Positions 24,791-38,800 are shown, numbered from the whole stretch's first letter. The stretch is DNA of 62,036 nucleotides, filler included, from Squatina squatina (GCA_031763465.1; 4 parts of 4 records of this genome joined end to end with filler, not necessarily neighbours in it), one strand, 5' to 3'. The notes: generated by a model from the sequence alone, not told the origin. Translations and numbers: made by a program.

Positions 24791-24937
24791 GGGTGCCCAA
24801 TTCGTGGTCAAACTTCTAGCGACAAATCGGAGCGAAAATGGCGGTAGGCCACTTTAAGCGCTAAAAATCGAGTGCAAAACTCAGGAACCGTTAGCGCCGG
24901 CGCAAAACGGGCGCAAAGCCAATAATGCTCGAGGCGC
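24791..24937 (+). mobile_element. PIF/Harbinger-like left end
   Basis: GGGTGCCCAATT terminus and CpG-rich subterminal motifs; runs into a gap. Confidence 0.55.
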
Positions 24938-25037
24938 NNNNNNNNNNNNNNNNNNNNNNNNNNNNNNNNNNNNNNNNNNNNNNNNNNNNNNNNNNNNNNN
25001 NNNNNNNNNNNNNNNNNNNNNNNNNNNNNNNNNNNNN

Positions 25038-25440
25038 TAGGAGGGGGCCAAGGACAGATAGAGCGTTGGGTGACTCCAGAGGCAATGGTGCAGGAAACAA
25101 AGCCATTCTCTGGCTACAACTGAATAGCTAGGAATGAGATCAACTAAGGGCAGTCTCCCCAACTGGACAATGGAGGAGAGGTGTTGGAGGAGGATGGTGT
25201 GGTCAGCTGTGTCAAAAGCTGCCGAGAGGTCGAGAAGGATAAAGAGCAATTTACAACGCGAAGTCACATAGGATGTCATTTGTGGCTTTGATAAGGGCTG
25301 TTTCAGTCCTGTGGCTGGGGTGGAAACCAGATTGGAGAGATTCAAACATGGAGTTGCAGGAAGGATGAGCACAGATTTGGGAGACAACAGCACATTCAAG
25401 GACTTGAGAGGAAAAGGAGGTTGGAGATAGGGCAGTACAA
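25038..25440 (-). mobile_element. L2-clade LINE reverse transcriptase fragment
   Basis: Minus-strand LLDLSAAFDTADHTILL RT motif, with frameshifts. Confidence 0.8.
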
Positions 25441-26041
25441 ACAGAGCAAGTTTCCAGATTAACTTCTACCAGAGCAATTATGCAAGAAAGCTTCTAATGC
25501 CTTATGAGGACTGTTTTTAAAAAAAAAACTAGCCGCGATTTATCTCACTTGGGTTTCCCCTCTTCTGATCATGAGACAGTGTAAAACTTAAACNNNNNNN
25601 NNNNNNNNNNNNNNNNNNNNNNNNNNNNNNNNNNNNNNNNNNNNNNNNNNNNNNNNNNNNNNNNNNNNNNNNNNNNNNNNNNNNNNNNNNNNNNNNNNNN
25701 NNNNNNNNNNNNNNNNNNNNNNNNNNNNNNNNNNNNNNNNNNNNNNNNTGAAAATGCAACATCACACACTTGATGCACTATATCTTGTAAACCCTCTTGC
25801 AAAGTATGTAAATGACATTCCGTCTATATCAGGTCATATACCTTTTCATTTTCTTATTAGTCCATTTTTAAAATTAGTTCTCAACAAGGAAATCAAAATA
25901 CCAGGACCAGCTTATTGCAATGTGTGATAAAAAGACATTGGTTACTTCAGCTAATACTTTCATGTTGCATATGTTTTTGAAGACTAAGTATAGAACTAGT
26001 GTTTCTGTAAGCCATGTAGTAACACACTTTCGTATTTTAAG

Positions 26042-26208
26042 GTAAAGTCCGGAAATTATGCATTCATCTGGGATGTTGCAGCACTAGAATATGTTGTAGA
26101 GAATGAGCCCGACTGCTCCTTTGTCACGGCAAGGAATTCTAAAGTCGATAGAGGTTATGGCATTGCTCTTCAAGATGGCAGCCCTTACAGGGATATTTTT
26201 TCACACAG
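26042..26208 (+). CDS. GRID2: Glutamate receptor delta (GluD2-like) exon, second part of S2
   Basis: tttaag| ... |gtatgc, 167 nt, phase-compatible with the flanking exons. Translates VKSGNYAFIWDVAALEYVVENEPDCSFVTARNSKVDRGYGIALQDGSPYRDIFSHR. Confidence 0.93.
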
Positions 26209-26906
26209 GTATGCTGCTTATGTTTCTAGCTCAACAATTTTGAATATTGTGGCGCACATCTTGATGCCTAAAACATATTATATTCTACTATAGTAGCATT
26301 CTACTATAGTTTATTGATATCTTCCAATTTAAGTAAAAGCTGTATAGTTTTAATTATTTAAAGTAGGTTTGGTGCTACTCAACTTTTGTGTTATGCAGTA
26401 CACAATATATTATTTTTTGATGTACTAACCATGGAAATGAATATGTAGAATACCAGGTTGTTTAAAATCACAGTGGGGAGACAATAATTTCTTTATCAGT
26501 TTCAGCTGTGAGGAGGCATTCACGACAAATCTTCCAAGTGACGTATTTTTTTAAAATTATAATCAGATATGAGCAACAGAGAAAACCACCAGGGAACAAG
26601 TTATTAGATAGACATTTGACTCAAGCTTACCTCCAAAAAAAGCTATTAAAAATTGGCATTATTTATGTGATGGAGATTTCAACAGGCTTAGATTATCTGA
26701 TCTTATTAATGAAGAAAGATAGTATAAATCCAGTGAGCTGAAGTTGGGGCTCAACGAAAACAATACTCAAGAAACTAATGGTTACTTAACCAGTTGCATT
26801 AAGTAANNNNNNNNNNNNNNNNNNNNNNNNNNNNNNNNNNNNNNNNNNNNNNNNNNNNNNNNNNNNNNNNNNNNNNNNNNNNNNNNNNNNNNNNNNNNNN
26901 NNNNNN

Positions 26907-27215
26907 CCCTACAACCCTCCGAGAACTCTGCCACTTGTACATCCCCAACTCCTTTTGCCTCAGCATTGAGGGCTGTGCCTTTAGGCTCTAAGATACTGGA
27001 CTCCCCTCCATGAACCCTTTTGCCTCTCCACCTCTCTCTCTCCTTTAAAATCTTCCTTAAAAATGACCTCTTTGACTAAGCTTTTATCGAAACAAAAAAT
27101 GCTGGAAAAACTCAGCAGACCAGCTTTTATCTAACATCAGCTTCTTTCACTTGGTGTCAATTCTTGTCTGATGGTACATCTGTGAAGTGCCTTGGGATGT
27201 TTTTCTATGTTAAAG
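26907..27215 (+). mobile_element. L2-clade LINE 3' end, with a short Penelope-like fragment near 27090-27122
   Basis: gcctctccacctctctctcctttaaaatcttccttaaaa...ctctttgactaagctttt...tgtgaagtgccttgggatgtttt; similar to 42050-42295. Confidence 0.65.
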
Positions 27216-27275
27216 GTTGAAAGAGTCTTACAAATAATTGTCCTCAAATAACAAAACTTATGCATTTTTATACAG

Positions 27276-27513
27276 GCTTCTGGAACTTGAGCAAAGTGGT
27301 GAACTGGATGGACTAAAGCAGAAGTGGTGGCCTAAAGCTGGGAAATGTGATTTGCAAAGTCATGTTAAAACGCATGGAAAGGGAGGCCCTATGGATCTAC
27401 AAAACTTTGCTGGAGCATTCGGTTTTCTAGCTTTGGGTGTTATTTTGGCTTTTATTGCTGCTATGATAGAAACTTGGTGGAAAGGCAAAAAGAAAACAGA
27501 CTCTGATAGAGAG
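27276..27513 (+). CDS. GRID2: Glutamate receptor delta (GluD2-like) exon, end of S2, M4 and start of CTD
   Basis: tacag| ... |gtaata, 238 nt. Translates LLELEQSGELDGLKQKWWPKAGKCDLQSHVKTHGKGGPMDLQNFAGAFGFLALGVILAFIAAMIETWWKGKKKTDSDRE (LK.KWWP..G.CDL motif, hydrophobic M4, ETWW). Confidence 0.92.
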
Positions 27514-27649
27514 GTAATACTTACATTTCAGATCTCTCTAAAGACTAGTATTTTTGCTACTCTAAATTGCAAAGATTAAGCATCAGTACATATTAAGTAA
27601 TCATTGGAATCCTTTTACACTTATGGTGCAATGAAATTTGATTTTCATC

Positions 27650-27749
27650 NNNNNNNNNNNNNNNNNNNNNNNNNNNNNNNNNNNNNNNNNNNNTTAATTA
27701 ATTAANNNNNNNNNNNNNNNNNNNNNNNNNNNNNNNNNNNNNNNNNNNN
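27650..27749. other. Artificial scaffold-joining linker
   Basis: 44 N + TTAATTAATTAA + 44 N; gene content switches from GluD to GRK5 across it. Confidence 0.97.
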
Positions 27750-28536
27750 TGGTTCTAGACTCCGTAGCCAGAGGAAACATCCTCCCTGCATCTACCCTGT
27801 CGAGCCCTGTAAGAATTTTGTATGTTTCATTGAGCTCACCTCTCATTCTTCTAAACTCTAGAATAAGTGATGGCTCGTGAATATAATTTCAGTGAATCTT
27901 TCCTGGAATTTTCCATTAAGCATGTGTGGCTGATATCATGGTATATTACAGAGTGGTAAGACACTGGCTTGTAGCTGTGATTGCCCACTGTGGGAGTTCT
28001 TTCTTCATTCTAATGGTCATGCCATTGAAGGGTAACATCTGATGAAGATTGGGTGTTTCCCCTTAGAGACGGTGGAGTCACCTTAATGAGCTCTCACTTT
28101 TACTGCGGAGTGGATTTATTTTCATACTTATGACAAAAAGACGAGAACAGTAAAAAATAGCATTCAATTCCTGACCCATCCACAGCCCAAAAAAAAAACA
28201 TTCTCAGCAAGCAAGAAAAGTTAAGACTATCAAACATGGGTAATAAAGCTCTCACTGTGAATAGTTTTAGATAAAAGTTGGTGGTTTGTACTCTCACTGA
28301 CTTTTTGCTAAGACTAGCAGAAATCTTGCCCCTTAATGACTTAAAACTGTCCATATTTTTATGAATATTAATAGGTGTAATAATACTTGGGAATTCAGAT
28401 TATGCCCATAAACTGCTCAAGCTTTACTGTCTGTTTATGATGCCATCTGCATTTCCTTAATTAGATGTTGCTTTGTGCTCTGCTACTCATATGGGTATTG
28501 TTTAATTAACTGTTTATCTGTTTGCTGTGTTTGTAG

Positions 28537-28728
<192 letters not shown>

Positions 28729-29291
28729 TGAGGGGAGATTTACAAGTTCTAAATTGTAGAGAATCTAAAGCTGAGAGCCGCTTGCTTCTTCCAAGCTGCA
28801 CAGCAATGCCTTGTGTCCGATTAAAGAAAATAATTTTGCTTTTTTTTTAAAAAAAAAGAAAAAGCCCTGGTCTGTTGGAATGCAATATTTATACAAGCCA
28901 AAGTGGGGGAAGACTATGAGTGCCGGAAAACATTTAGTTGAATTAATACCCCATTGGCCACCAATTATTAGAATCCAGCATTAGCGTAAAACCATAATTT
29001 GCTGGAAATATGCAGCAGGTTCCTCGGCATCTGAAAAGAGAAGTCGGGTTAATGTTTGTCCACCTCAGATCTTATCCTTCTTCTTTCGTATGGTAGTANN
29101 NNNNNNNNNNNNNNNNNNNNNNNNNNNNNNNNNNNNNNNNNNNNNNNNNNNNNNNNNNNNNNNNNNNNNNNNNNNNNNNNNNNNNNNNNNNNNNNNNNCC
29201 GCTATCTATTTTGGGAGGTCGGAATAACCTGAATGACTGGAACCCAACTCTAAGGGCTCGTTTCTCAGCCACTGGAGGCCAAGAGTTAGAA

Positions 29292-29615
29292 CATTGAAAT
29301 GGTTACAGCATAGAAGAAGGCCATTCGGCCCGTCGAACCCATGCTGACTCTCAGCTAGTCCCACTCCCTCACCCTTTCCCTGTAACCCTGCAATTTTTTT
29401 TTCCTTCAGATACGTATCCAACTCCCTTTTGAAAGCAGTGATTGAGTCTGCCTCCACCACCCTTTCANNNNNNNNNNGTGCATTCCAGATCCTAACCACT
29501 CGCTGTGTAACAAAAAAAAAGATTTTTGTTGTGTCACCTTTGGTTCTTTTGCCACTCATCTTAAATCTGCGTCCTCTGGTTCTCGTCCCTTCTGTCTACT
29601 CTGTCCAGACCCCTC
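29292..29615 (-). mobile_element. CR1 LINE 3' end
   Basis: Minus-strand TQRVVRIWNA...RVVEADSITAFKRELDTYL followed by the 3' UTR. Confidence 0.8.
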
Positions 29616-30007
29616 ACGAATGGCTTCGAAATGGTCATGCCATGAAAGGATACAATCATAAAACCTGATCTTTGAATAGCTTTTTTTTAATTGCAAATCA
29701 GTCTTTCATGTGATTTCATTCATGTCAAATAGAGCCATGCAGAGTGCCAAGAGTTCATTTTATTTTAAATAAAACAGGATCAAATCCAATTGCACATGGG
29801 AATAGTAAATTTTCCATTGTGTTTTATGATGCAGTATGGGGGCTATCAGAAAATTGAAGGAGCTATTAGTCTTCAAGAAAGGTTAATGACTACCTTAGTG
29901 ACAAGCATATTAGTTATTCTACATTAAAAAAATTATTTTAGGGAATGTAAGCGTATTTCTTATTTCCCTTTTGTTCTACTAGAGGGTGTTTGCAATATAT
30001 TCAATAA

Positions 30008-30151
<144 letters not shown>

Positions 30152-31639
30152 TAAAATTTAAATTGGACATTGTGTTTTTACTATTTTGTTTTGGAAACGA
30201 GCAGTTTATTTTCTATTTTTAAACCTTTTACCACGTGCAATTGTGAGAGAATTTTACTTGATGGTGTAGTGCAGACTGACTACTCACACTTACTTTTTAA
30301 GAGGACGTAAGAAGTAGAATTGTTTTTTTGTTAAATTAAGACCTAAAACAAAATTCATTGATATAGCCAGATGTATTCCTGACTTGATCTTGAGGCAATC
30401 ACCAGCTATTCCCTAATGATTTTTTTATCCTGCTGACATGCCAATTTAAATATCCACATGACTGTGATTACTTCTGTTTGTGTATATATTACATTAGAAA
30501 TTACTGACAGCTGTTTACAATGATTGCTGAAAATTATTTTCCTGCTGGCTGGTTTTTATTTTTTTCGATGTGTTCTAACTAGAATTTGTCCCAACCTTGA
30601 TGCATTGCAAATATGCGTGTCATCAAAGAGTATCATGACACCTGCTTCAACATATTGATGTGAAGTTGTCCATTCTCTTCTGCTTGATTATAAAATTTAC
30701 AAGAAAATTTATTTTTTTAGTTGAAAATGCTATTTTCTTGTGTAACAAATAGTTGGGAGTATATTACAACATGTATTCCATGCAGTTGGTTTATCCAGTA
30801 TGTCGTTCAGTGAATTAATGCAGTCCAGAAGCCTGATTCCGTTGCACATGGCCATGCTGTGTGTGAGTAGTGTATCTCACTGTTGACACACTTCGATTCA
30901 TTGAGACGGTGGGCCATCTCCTGATGCACTTGAATGAACAGTAGGTGTAAGCACAGCAAAACCCCTCGACAGTGTCACAGTTGTGCCTTTTATTGAGCTT
31001 AGCTTCAGGATACAGGTATACGAGCTGCTAAACAAGGAAATTGTTAGTCAGCTGCTTTGAATTTTAAGCTTTCTTTGATCTGGATTGCTTTAGTTATAGT
31101 CTGAAATAATTAGAACAATGCTGTTACAGTAAATCTTCTGTTTGTTTGCTATCCTTGGAATAATAAAACTGCCTTTTAAAAGGTGCATCACAACCCTGCT
31201 GCAGTGCCACAGGAAAGTCTGCTCTCACCATTTATAGAACCTTGGGCATCAATCTGTATCGTCCCACTCAATACAATTTCTAATATTTACACCAGTGTAG
31301 CACTCAGTACCTGCTCATATGAGTGTCCAGGGGTGCCAGGTCTGCAGTCTATGGAAGTGTTTTTAAAGAGCCCCATAGTAAGATTAGCAGAAGTATTTTG
31401 AGGTTATGTCTGAACCTTTTCTTGTCTTTTTTCTTGTTTTGTTTCCGTTTCCATTTAGTTGTGTCAAGTGTTCTGGCACTGCTGTTGCTTTGGAATGCCT
31501 TTTATATTAGGATAATTGGTTCCCCAACTGGAACCCTCCTTTACTTATGTTTTTTGGAAGATGAAATGGACCAATTGAGGGATGCAAGGCTGGTTGGGCT
31601 GCACCAGAGGTGCCCCTGCACTCACACAGTGGTACCCTC

Positions 31640-32130
31640 TCAACTGAATCAACAGGCAGAAGTGTACAGACCTCCAGCTGCTGGAGGAGCAGTGCCTGTC
31701 AAAGCTTCAATTAACCATAACCACCATTACAGGGTTGTGTTGCATGCTCCAAATTGAGCTGCAGCCAAACTCTTCCACAGGCATGGCACTGCTGGTGGCT
31801 TGTCAAGGTCACAACTGCCTTTGTATGCAATTTATGCTTCAGACACATTCCAAGATACCACTGGGGAACATCAGCAACATAAGCCAACGACTGTTCATAG
31901 AAGGTTTTATCGTGCAAGTAATTTCACCTCCTTTCCTCTAGACAGCCAACAGCAAGAGAGGGTTGTGAAGTTTCAGCGTGACAGGGTTCCCAATGTGGCC
32001 CTGTGTGCTCCATGACACAATGCCACTCCTTACACGAAGAAGGAAAGATTCCATTTTCTAAATGTACAGCTAATTTGCAACCAGCAGCACTGAATTATGC
32101 ATACCAATGTTCATTTCCCAGGATCACGGT
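31640..32130 (+). pseudogene. PIF/Harbinger transposase relic inside a GRK5 intron
   Basis: Frameshifted pieces EEQCLSKL...LQP...VKVTTA...YASDTFQ...NISQ...GFPNV...ALCAP...FHFLNVQLIC...FPGS. Confidence 0.75.
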
Positions 32131-33369
32131 AATCTGCTGACTGCTGAATAACATCTCCATGCAAAATGGCATCACCATGGAGCCTTGAAGGAGGAAGCCC
32201 CCCAGGTGCAGTAAGAAGACCACCAGCAGAAAACCAGGAGCAGCTTTGCGAGGCTGTGGACGAGAACCNNNNNNNNNNNNNNNNNNNNNNNNNNNNNNNN
32301 NNNNNNNNNNNNNNNNNNNNNNNNNNNNNNNNNNNNNNNNNNNNNNNNNNNNNNNNNNNNNNNNNNNNNNNNNNNNNNNNNNNNNNNNNNNNNNNNNNNN
32401 NNNNNNNNNNNNNNNNNNNNNNNNNNNNNNNNNNNNNNNNNNNNNNNNNNNNNNNNNNNNNNNNNNNNNNNNNNNNNNNNNNNNNNNNNNNNNNNNNNNN
32501 NNNNNNNNNNNNNNNNNNNNNNNNNNNNNNNNNNNNNNNNNNNNNNNNNNNNNNNNNNNNNNNNNNNNNNNNNNNNNNNNNNNNNNNNNNNNNNNNNNNN
32601 NNNNNNNNNNNNNNNNNNNNNNNNNNNNNNNNNNNNNNNNNNNNNNNNNNNNNNNNNNNNNNNNNNNNNNNNNNNNNNNNNNNNNNNNNNNNNNNNNNNN
32701 NNNNNNNNNNNNNNNNNNNNNNNNNNNNNNNNNNNNNNNNNNNNNNNNNNNNNNNNNNNNNNNNNNNNNNNNNNNNNNNNNNNNNNNNNNNNNNNNNNNN
32801 NNNNNNNNNNNNNNNNNNNNNNNNNNNNNNNNNNNNNNNNNNNNNNNNNNNNNNNNNNNNNNNNNNNNNNNNNNNNNNNNNNNNNNNNNNNNNNNNNNNN
32901 NNNNNNNNNNNNNNNNNNNNNNNNNNNNNNNNNNNNNNNNNNNNNNACTTGCTACTTGCTCATGTACTGGTGTAATGGTCCAAAAAGATTAAATGAACTT
33001 GGGTAAAGTTAACAAAAAACTTAATCCAATGCACCCCTGAAGAACATATATTTTTGTTTAAACTTTGATCAGACTCCAATGCAAAGAAGAATTGTAAGTC
33101 ATTAAACTTCCCTGGTTATGACCAAGGGGTGAGGGCAGAGGAAATGAACAGCAGAATAATTCAGAGTGGTGTTCTTTAAAGCAAACTGTAAAATGTCATG
33201 AGCAGTGAATGCTTGTTTAAAAACCTGAATCTTCAATGAGGTTTCTGATTTGCACATTTGATCTTGATTATGGGAATAAATGTGGATATTTGGTTGCTAT
33301 TCTGGAAGATTCACAATCATGCAAGAGTTTGATAAATCTGATATTAAAAAATTGAATCTGCTGACTTGA

Positions 33370-33708
<339 letters not shown>

Positions 33709-34874
33709 TGAATTAATTACTCTTGTATGACTTATAATTAGGGAAAAATAGATTTGTGAAAAGTGCTATAGATTATGCCTCAGGATCAAATAACATGGGT
33801 CTGCTGAATCCAGGCAATTCTCAACAGAGACAGAGGTGCCCCTTCACCACTGGGCTTCTCTCCCTCTCTTTCCCTGCAGCATTCTCCTTCTCGCTCTCTT
33901 CTCCTGCCCCGCCCACCCACTTGACTGTCCGCCTCCTCTGATTTCCTTGGGTACTGTTCTGCTAAAATAAAGCTAAGAGTTTATTTATTGGAGAGGAACT
34001 CCTGGATGTGTGTGTGGCACTTTTCCATGCTATCTCCTCCTTCACTTCTCCTCCCCCATTCTCCCCCTTTTCACTTCTGTTTTTCTCTCTCTGCTTAGTT
34101 ACCACTTCTCTCCATTCTATTCTTCTCTTTTTATCCCGCCTTGTAATTATTCTGTTTCAGCACCTTTTTGTTTTTGGATAATTTCTTCGCCGTTTTGAAC
34201 ATCCAGCATTGTGCACGTTGTTGCATGGGGTGACTACAGGGGCAGCAGACCATGAGAAAGCACAGGAGAGGTTGGGAGGGTGCAGGCCATGGAAATCTCC
34301 AGGGATGCCCTTGGTGTCGAGGGCAGGAGACCAACTCCTGTCCATGACTGCAGGTGAGGGATGGCCACACCCTGGTTCCTGGGGGCTCCTCTGCTAAAGG
34401 AAGTCTCAGTAGCTCCTGGGAACTGTAGTCCTGGGGATTCCAACAGAAAACCATAATATAAATGTTGCCCCGTTTGCTGAAAGAAAGGAATATACAGTTA
34501 GAGGAATAGTACACCGAGCCCACACTGTTCAGAGAGCAGGCAGGGTGTATTGNNNNNNNNNNNNNNNNNNNNNNNNNNNNNNNNNNNNNNNNNNNNNNNN
34601 NNNNNNNNNNNNNNNNNNNNNNNNNNNNNNNNNNNNNNNNNNNNNNNNNNNNAAACAGTAAAATGTATATCCATGATATAAATTTACTTTGCCATAATGA
34701 GAGAGATTAAGTTTTCCATTTTAGGTTCCCAAACTTAGCTATGCTTCTCCAAGACAGCAATTTACTGTTAAATTATTCAATTGTTTTATGAAAACAAAAT
34801 TCCATTGTCTCCTGCTTTGAGTGCATTTACATGGCGATGAATGGCAAGGTCATGTATTGTGATCTCTTTTGCAG

Positions 34875-34976
34875 AATCATCATAGTCATTCAAACAGCAC
34901 TACAAATGTGAAGGCTCATTCCAACCATCATGTGAATTGCCATCAAGCTAATTCAAACTCTGGAGGAAACAGCTAG
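34875..34976 (+). CDS. GRK5: GRK5 terminal coding exon
   Basis: Acceptor ctcttttgcag|. Translates NHHSHSNSTTNVKAHSNHHVNCHQANSNSGGNS*, resembling the recalled human GRK5 tail [32 protein letters not shown]. AT-rich UTR-like sequence follows. Confidence 0.82.
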   Translation, partial: NHHSHSNSTTNVKAHSNHHVNCHQANSNSGGNS

Positions 34977-35866
34977 TGTCAGCTCATCGTTCGTGTGGTG
35001 ATTCTTTGTATTCTTCAGCTTTTCCCATTTTCTGGAACTATTTAGCGGGGAAGCACCAGTTCCTGGTAGGGTATCCATTCCACACGACAGAGCCGCTCCA
35101 TTTTTTTTTGGTCTAGCTGTCTCACTTCCTCTCAGGTCTGTCTCGGAGGTTGGGATCATGACGTTTGAAACAAGATGGTGTCTCCTTAGAATATTGCAAT
35201 AGCAAATCAATGAAAATGGCTACTTGCACGTATTTAAATATAGCATTATACTAGAACTGTATTTTGTCTTTATTAAAAAAGGAGGTTTTGTAAATTTCTC
35301 TATAACTGTCTCAGTTTACATTTTGTACATTTGTATTTAAAGTAAGTCAGAATCAGGATGTATATTTTCTGCCCAGCAGCTGTAAAGCCATGTGCTGACT
35401 CCACAATGAACATCTTACGTATTTTTATGAATTGTGATTTAAGACTTCCTCAGCATTTAGCAGTGAAAGAGAACTTTTTAAATCTGCAATAGAACATTTT
35501 TTTCATATTCTTTTGCCATATCTGCAATCATTTTATATTTTTGTAGTTTGTCACAGCTTGAAATTTTATTAAATATCTCTTTCATTTGTATTGCTTTTTC
35601 ATTTTATTTTTATTTAACAAGTGCATCTTTCCTATCATTTCTCTAAGTGTCATTTTAATCAGAGTGAATGTATTTTAGATTTTTTTTAAAGAGCTTTTCT
35701 TAGCAGATATAATTATTCTTTATTAACGTCAATGCGGTTTTCAATGTGAAAATGCAAATTTGAGGGGGGAAAAAAATCACATAATTTACTTAATGATTAA
35801 AACTAAATCTGGTTGAACCCTTACACCACTTAAACAGGTCATTCACTTTGGGATAGTTGGAATAAA
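34977..35866 (+). other. Probable GRK5 3' UTR with candidate polyadenylation signal AATAAA at 35861 (another at 36841)
   Basis: Repeat-free, T-rich sequence directly after the stop codon. The true end cannot be fixed without transcripts. Confidence 0.5.
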
Positions 35867-38800
35867 CATCATATGGTACTAGTTAAGTGCGGTGATCTGT
35901 ATGAAACCAGTTTCAGAGCCTTGCGTGTNNNNNNNNNNNNNNNNNNNNNNNNNNNNNNNNNNNNNNNNNNNNNNNNNNNNNNNNNNNNNNNNNNNNNNNN
36001 NNNNNNNNNNNNNNNNNNNNNNNNNNNNNNNNNNNNNNNNNNNNNNNNNNNNNNNNNNNNNNNNNNNNNNNNNNNNNNNNNNNNNNNNNNNNNNNNNNNN
36101 NNNNNNNNNNNNNNNNNNNNNNNNNNNNNNNNNNNNNNNNNNNNNNNNNNNNNNNNNNNNNNNNNNNNNNNNNNNNNNNNNNNNNNNNNNNNNNNNNNNN
36201 NNNNNNNNNNNNNNNNNNNNNNNNNNNNNNNNNNNNNNNNNNNNNNNNNNNNNNNNNNNNNNNNNNNNNNNNNNNNNNNNNNNNNNNNNNNNNNNNNNNN
36301 NNNNNNNNNNNNNNNNNNNNNNNNNNNNNNNNNNNNNNNNNNNNNNNNNNNNNNNNNNNNNNNNNNTCCTCAGGACTCTGAGGGTGTCTTGCAGCCTGAC
36401 CAATGCCCCACGCCCACTTTAGTTTGCGTAATATACATTTGTGTCATCAGTCTAATTTTGCAGCGTACCTGGGATTTGCAGTTAAACTGCTTCCGTGCAT
36501 ATCCTCGGACCAATTTGAGTATTTACAGTGTAATAGAAAGGGCTGCACAGCAGGAAGAGGATTTATGTGCTCTCTTTGTATAAACTGAATTACAAACTAG
36601 TGTTAAATTGAAGCTATTAATTAGGATGTTTATTTCACTCCTGATATTCTGGACACGTTTAATTGCCCTGGCCTTTAAGTATAATTCTCACAGTTTTACA
36701 GCGATTCCATTGTTACCATATTCTAAAGAGTGCAGTGTATTAACAAGAATTTTTTCTTGTCATTTGTGAGGGTGTTGTATAGTGTACAGTCAGATATGGT
36801 GTAAGGGTTAAATCTACCAATGTGAACATCTTTCAATGTCAATAAACATTTACCTTCCTGAAAAAAGCATCATCGATGTACAGTCAATTCCTGTTAATTG
36901 AATAACCGTTATGCAACAAAACTGTATTCATTGATCAGAAAAGCATAGTGAAACTTGGTAAGCATCTTCTCTTCGCCAAATCCCATGAAGAATTTCATCA
37001 TAATGGAAGATTTTCTGAAATCCGAAGTGTTTTGTATTCTTTTTAATTTTCTGTCGTTCATAGAAATATCAAGTAATGTTTCACTATAAGCAATTGATTT
37101 GTAAAATTAAGTAATTGAAGTGTTCATATTCACTTAACAGGAATTTACAACTTTCATTAATAAAAATGAAAATAGTAGATAGAAAATTCTTTTTCTGGTT
37201 TTTATTGACTTCACAGAAATGTTTACTTGGCAGATATTCGCTTGACTGGATTTGAGTATTTACTAATAAATATCAGCTGAAGTAGTTGAGTTCTATTATA
37301 TTTTGAACATACTTTAATTAACAATTCTAGGTATAAAATCCATTTTTAAGAAGGGGAAAATTAATTGTTCTATAAATAGAGGATTTGTTTAGCTTTGATG
37401 TTTTCAACAAAGTCCACTGTTTGCATCCAAAGACTCCTGGAGGTGGTAGTCTCCAAGTTTTCCTAGTAAAAAAATTCCGACGATTTTGATGGTGTTATGT
37501 AGTGACGAGGGTAGACAGTCTTTTTGGTTTGCTAAATGGCCAATTACTGGATACCTGTAGCATATATATTTGAAGGTGAGTAAGATTTGTAGTTGTTGAC
37601 AGTAGTAAATGGACAGGAAACAATTGTATACAAGGTACCAAAATAAATAAGAAGGGAGTATAACTTGTATTTTTCAGTGAAGGACTGGGAAAAGCCTATT
37701 TATTTTTGGACTTAATTGCAGAATGAGACAGAAACATGTACAGTTTACCATTCCATCCGAATAAATTATTTTGCAGCTAAAAACAATTTCTTAATGATGT
37801 CACCTGTTCAAGAAGATCAGCCATGATNNNNNNNNNNNNNNNNNNNNNNNNNNNNNNNNNNNNNNNNNNNNNNNNNNNNNNNNNNNNNNNNNNNNNNNNN
37901 NNNNNNNNNNNNNNNNNNNNNNNNNNNNNNNNNNNNNNNNNNNNNNNNNNNNNNNNNNNNNNNNNNNNNNNNNNNNNNNNNNNNNNNNNNNNNNNNNNNN
38001 NNNNNNNNNNNNNNNNNNNNNNNNNNNNNNNNNNNNNNNNNNNNNNNNNNNNNNNNNNNNNNNNNNNNNNNNNNNNNNNNNNNNNNNNNNNNNNNNNNNN
38101 NNNNNNNNNNNNNNNNNNNNNNNNNNNNNNNNNNNNNNNNNNNNNNNNNNNNNNNNNNNNNNNNNNNNNNNNNNNNNNNNNNNNNNNNNNNNNNNNNNNN
38201 NNNNNNNNNNNNNNNNNNNNNNNNNNNNNNNNNNNNNNNNNNNNNNNNNNNNNNNNNNNNNNNNNNNNNNNNNNNNNNNNNNNNNNNNNNNNNNNNNNNN
38301 NNNNNNNNNNNNNNNNNNNNNNNNNNNNNNNNNNNNNNNNNNNNNNNNNNNNNNNNNNNNNNNNNNNNNNNNNNNNNNNNNNNNNNNNNNNNNNNNNNNN
38401 NNNNNNNNNNNNNNNNNNNNNNNNNNNNNNNNNNNNNNNNNNNNNNNNNNNNNNNNNNNNNNNNNNNNNNNNNNNNNNNNNNNNNNNNNNNNNNNNNNNN
38501 NNNNNNNNNNNNNNNNNNNNNNNNNNNNNNNNNNNNNNNNNNNNNNNNNNNNNNNNNNNNNNACTGAGGAACATGGCTTCCGTCTTCTCTGACTGCTCTT
38601 CATTCTTAGTAACTTATGTCCAAAAAAACCCCACAGTGCTGCTGTAATTAGATTAAAAACCTTTGTTTTTAGTAAAATAAAAACACGATCATTTGAATTG
38701 AAAGAAGAAAGTACTGTATCTTTGTTCTGTAAATTTAAAACGGTTATATGTTAAATACAATTATTAACATTATCTCTGGATATTCAGAACTCCTGATTTT

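Noticed and set aside
16752-27513. Unusually compact GluD gene compared with the giant mammalian GRID genes
   Set aside because: Every intron contains N gaps, and the GRK5 locus shows that 100-N gaps can hide much more sequence, so compactness is not demonstrated.
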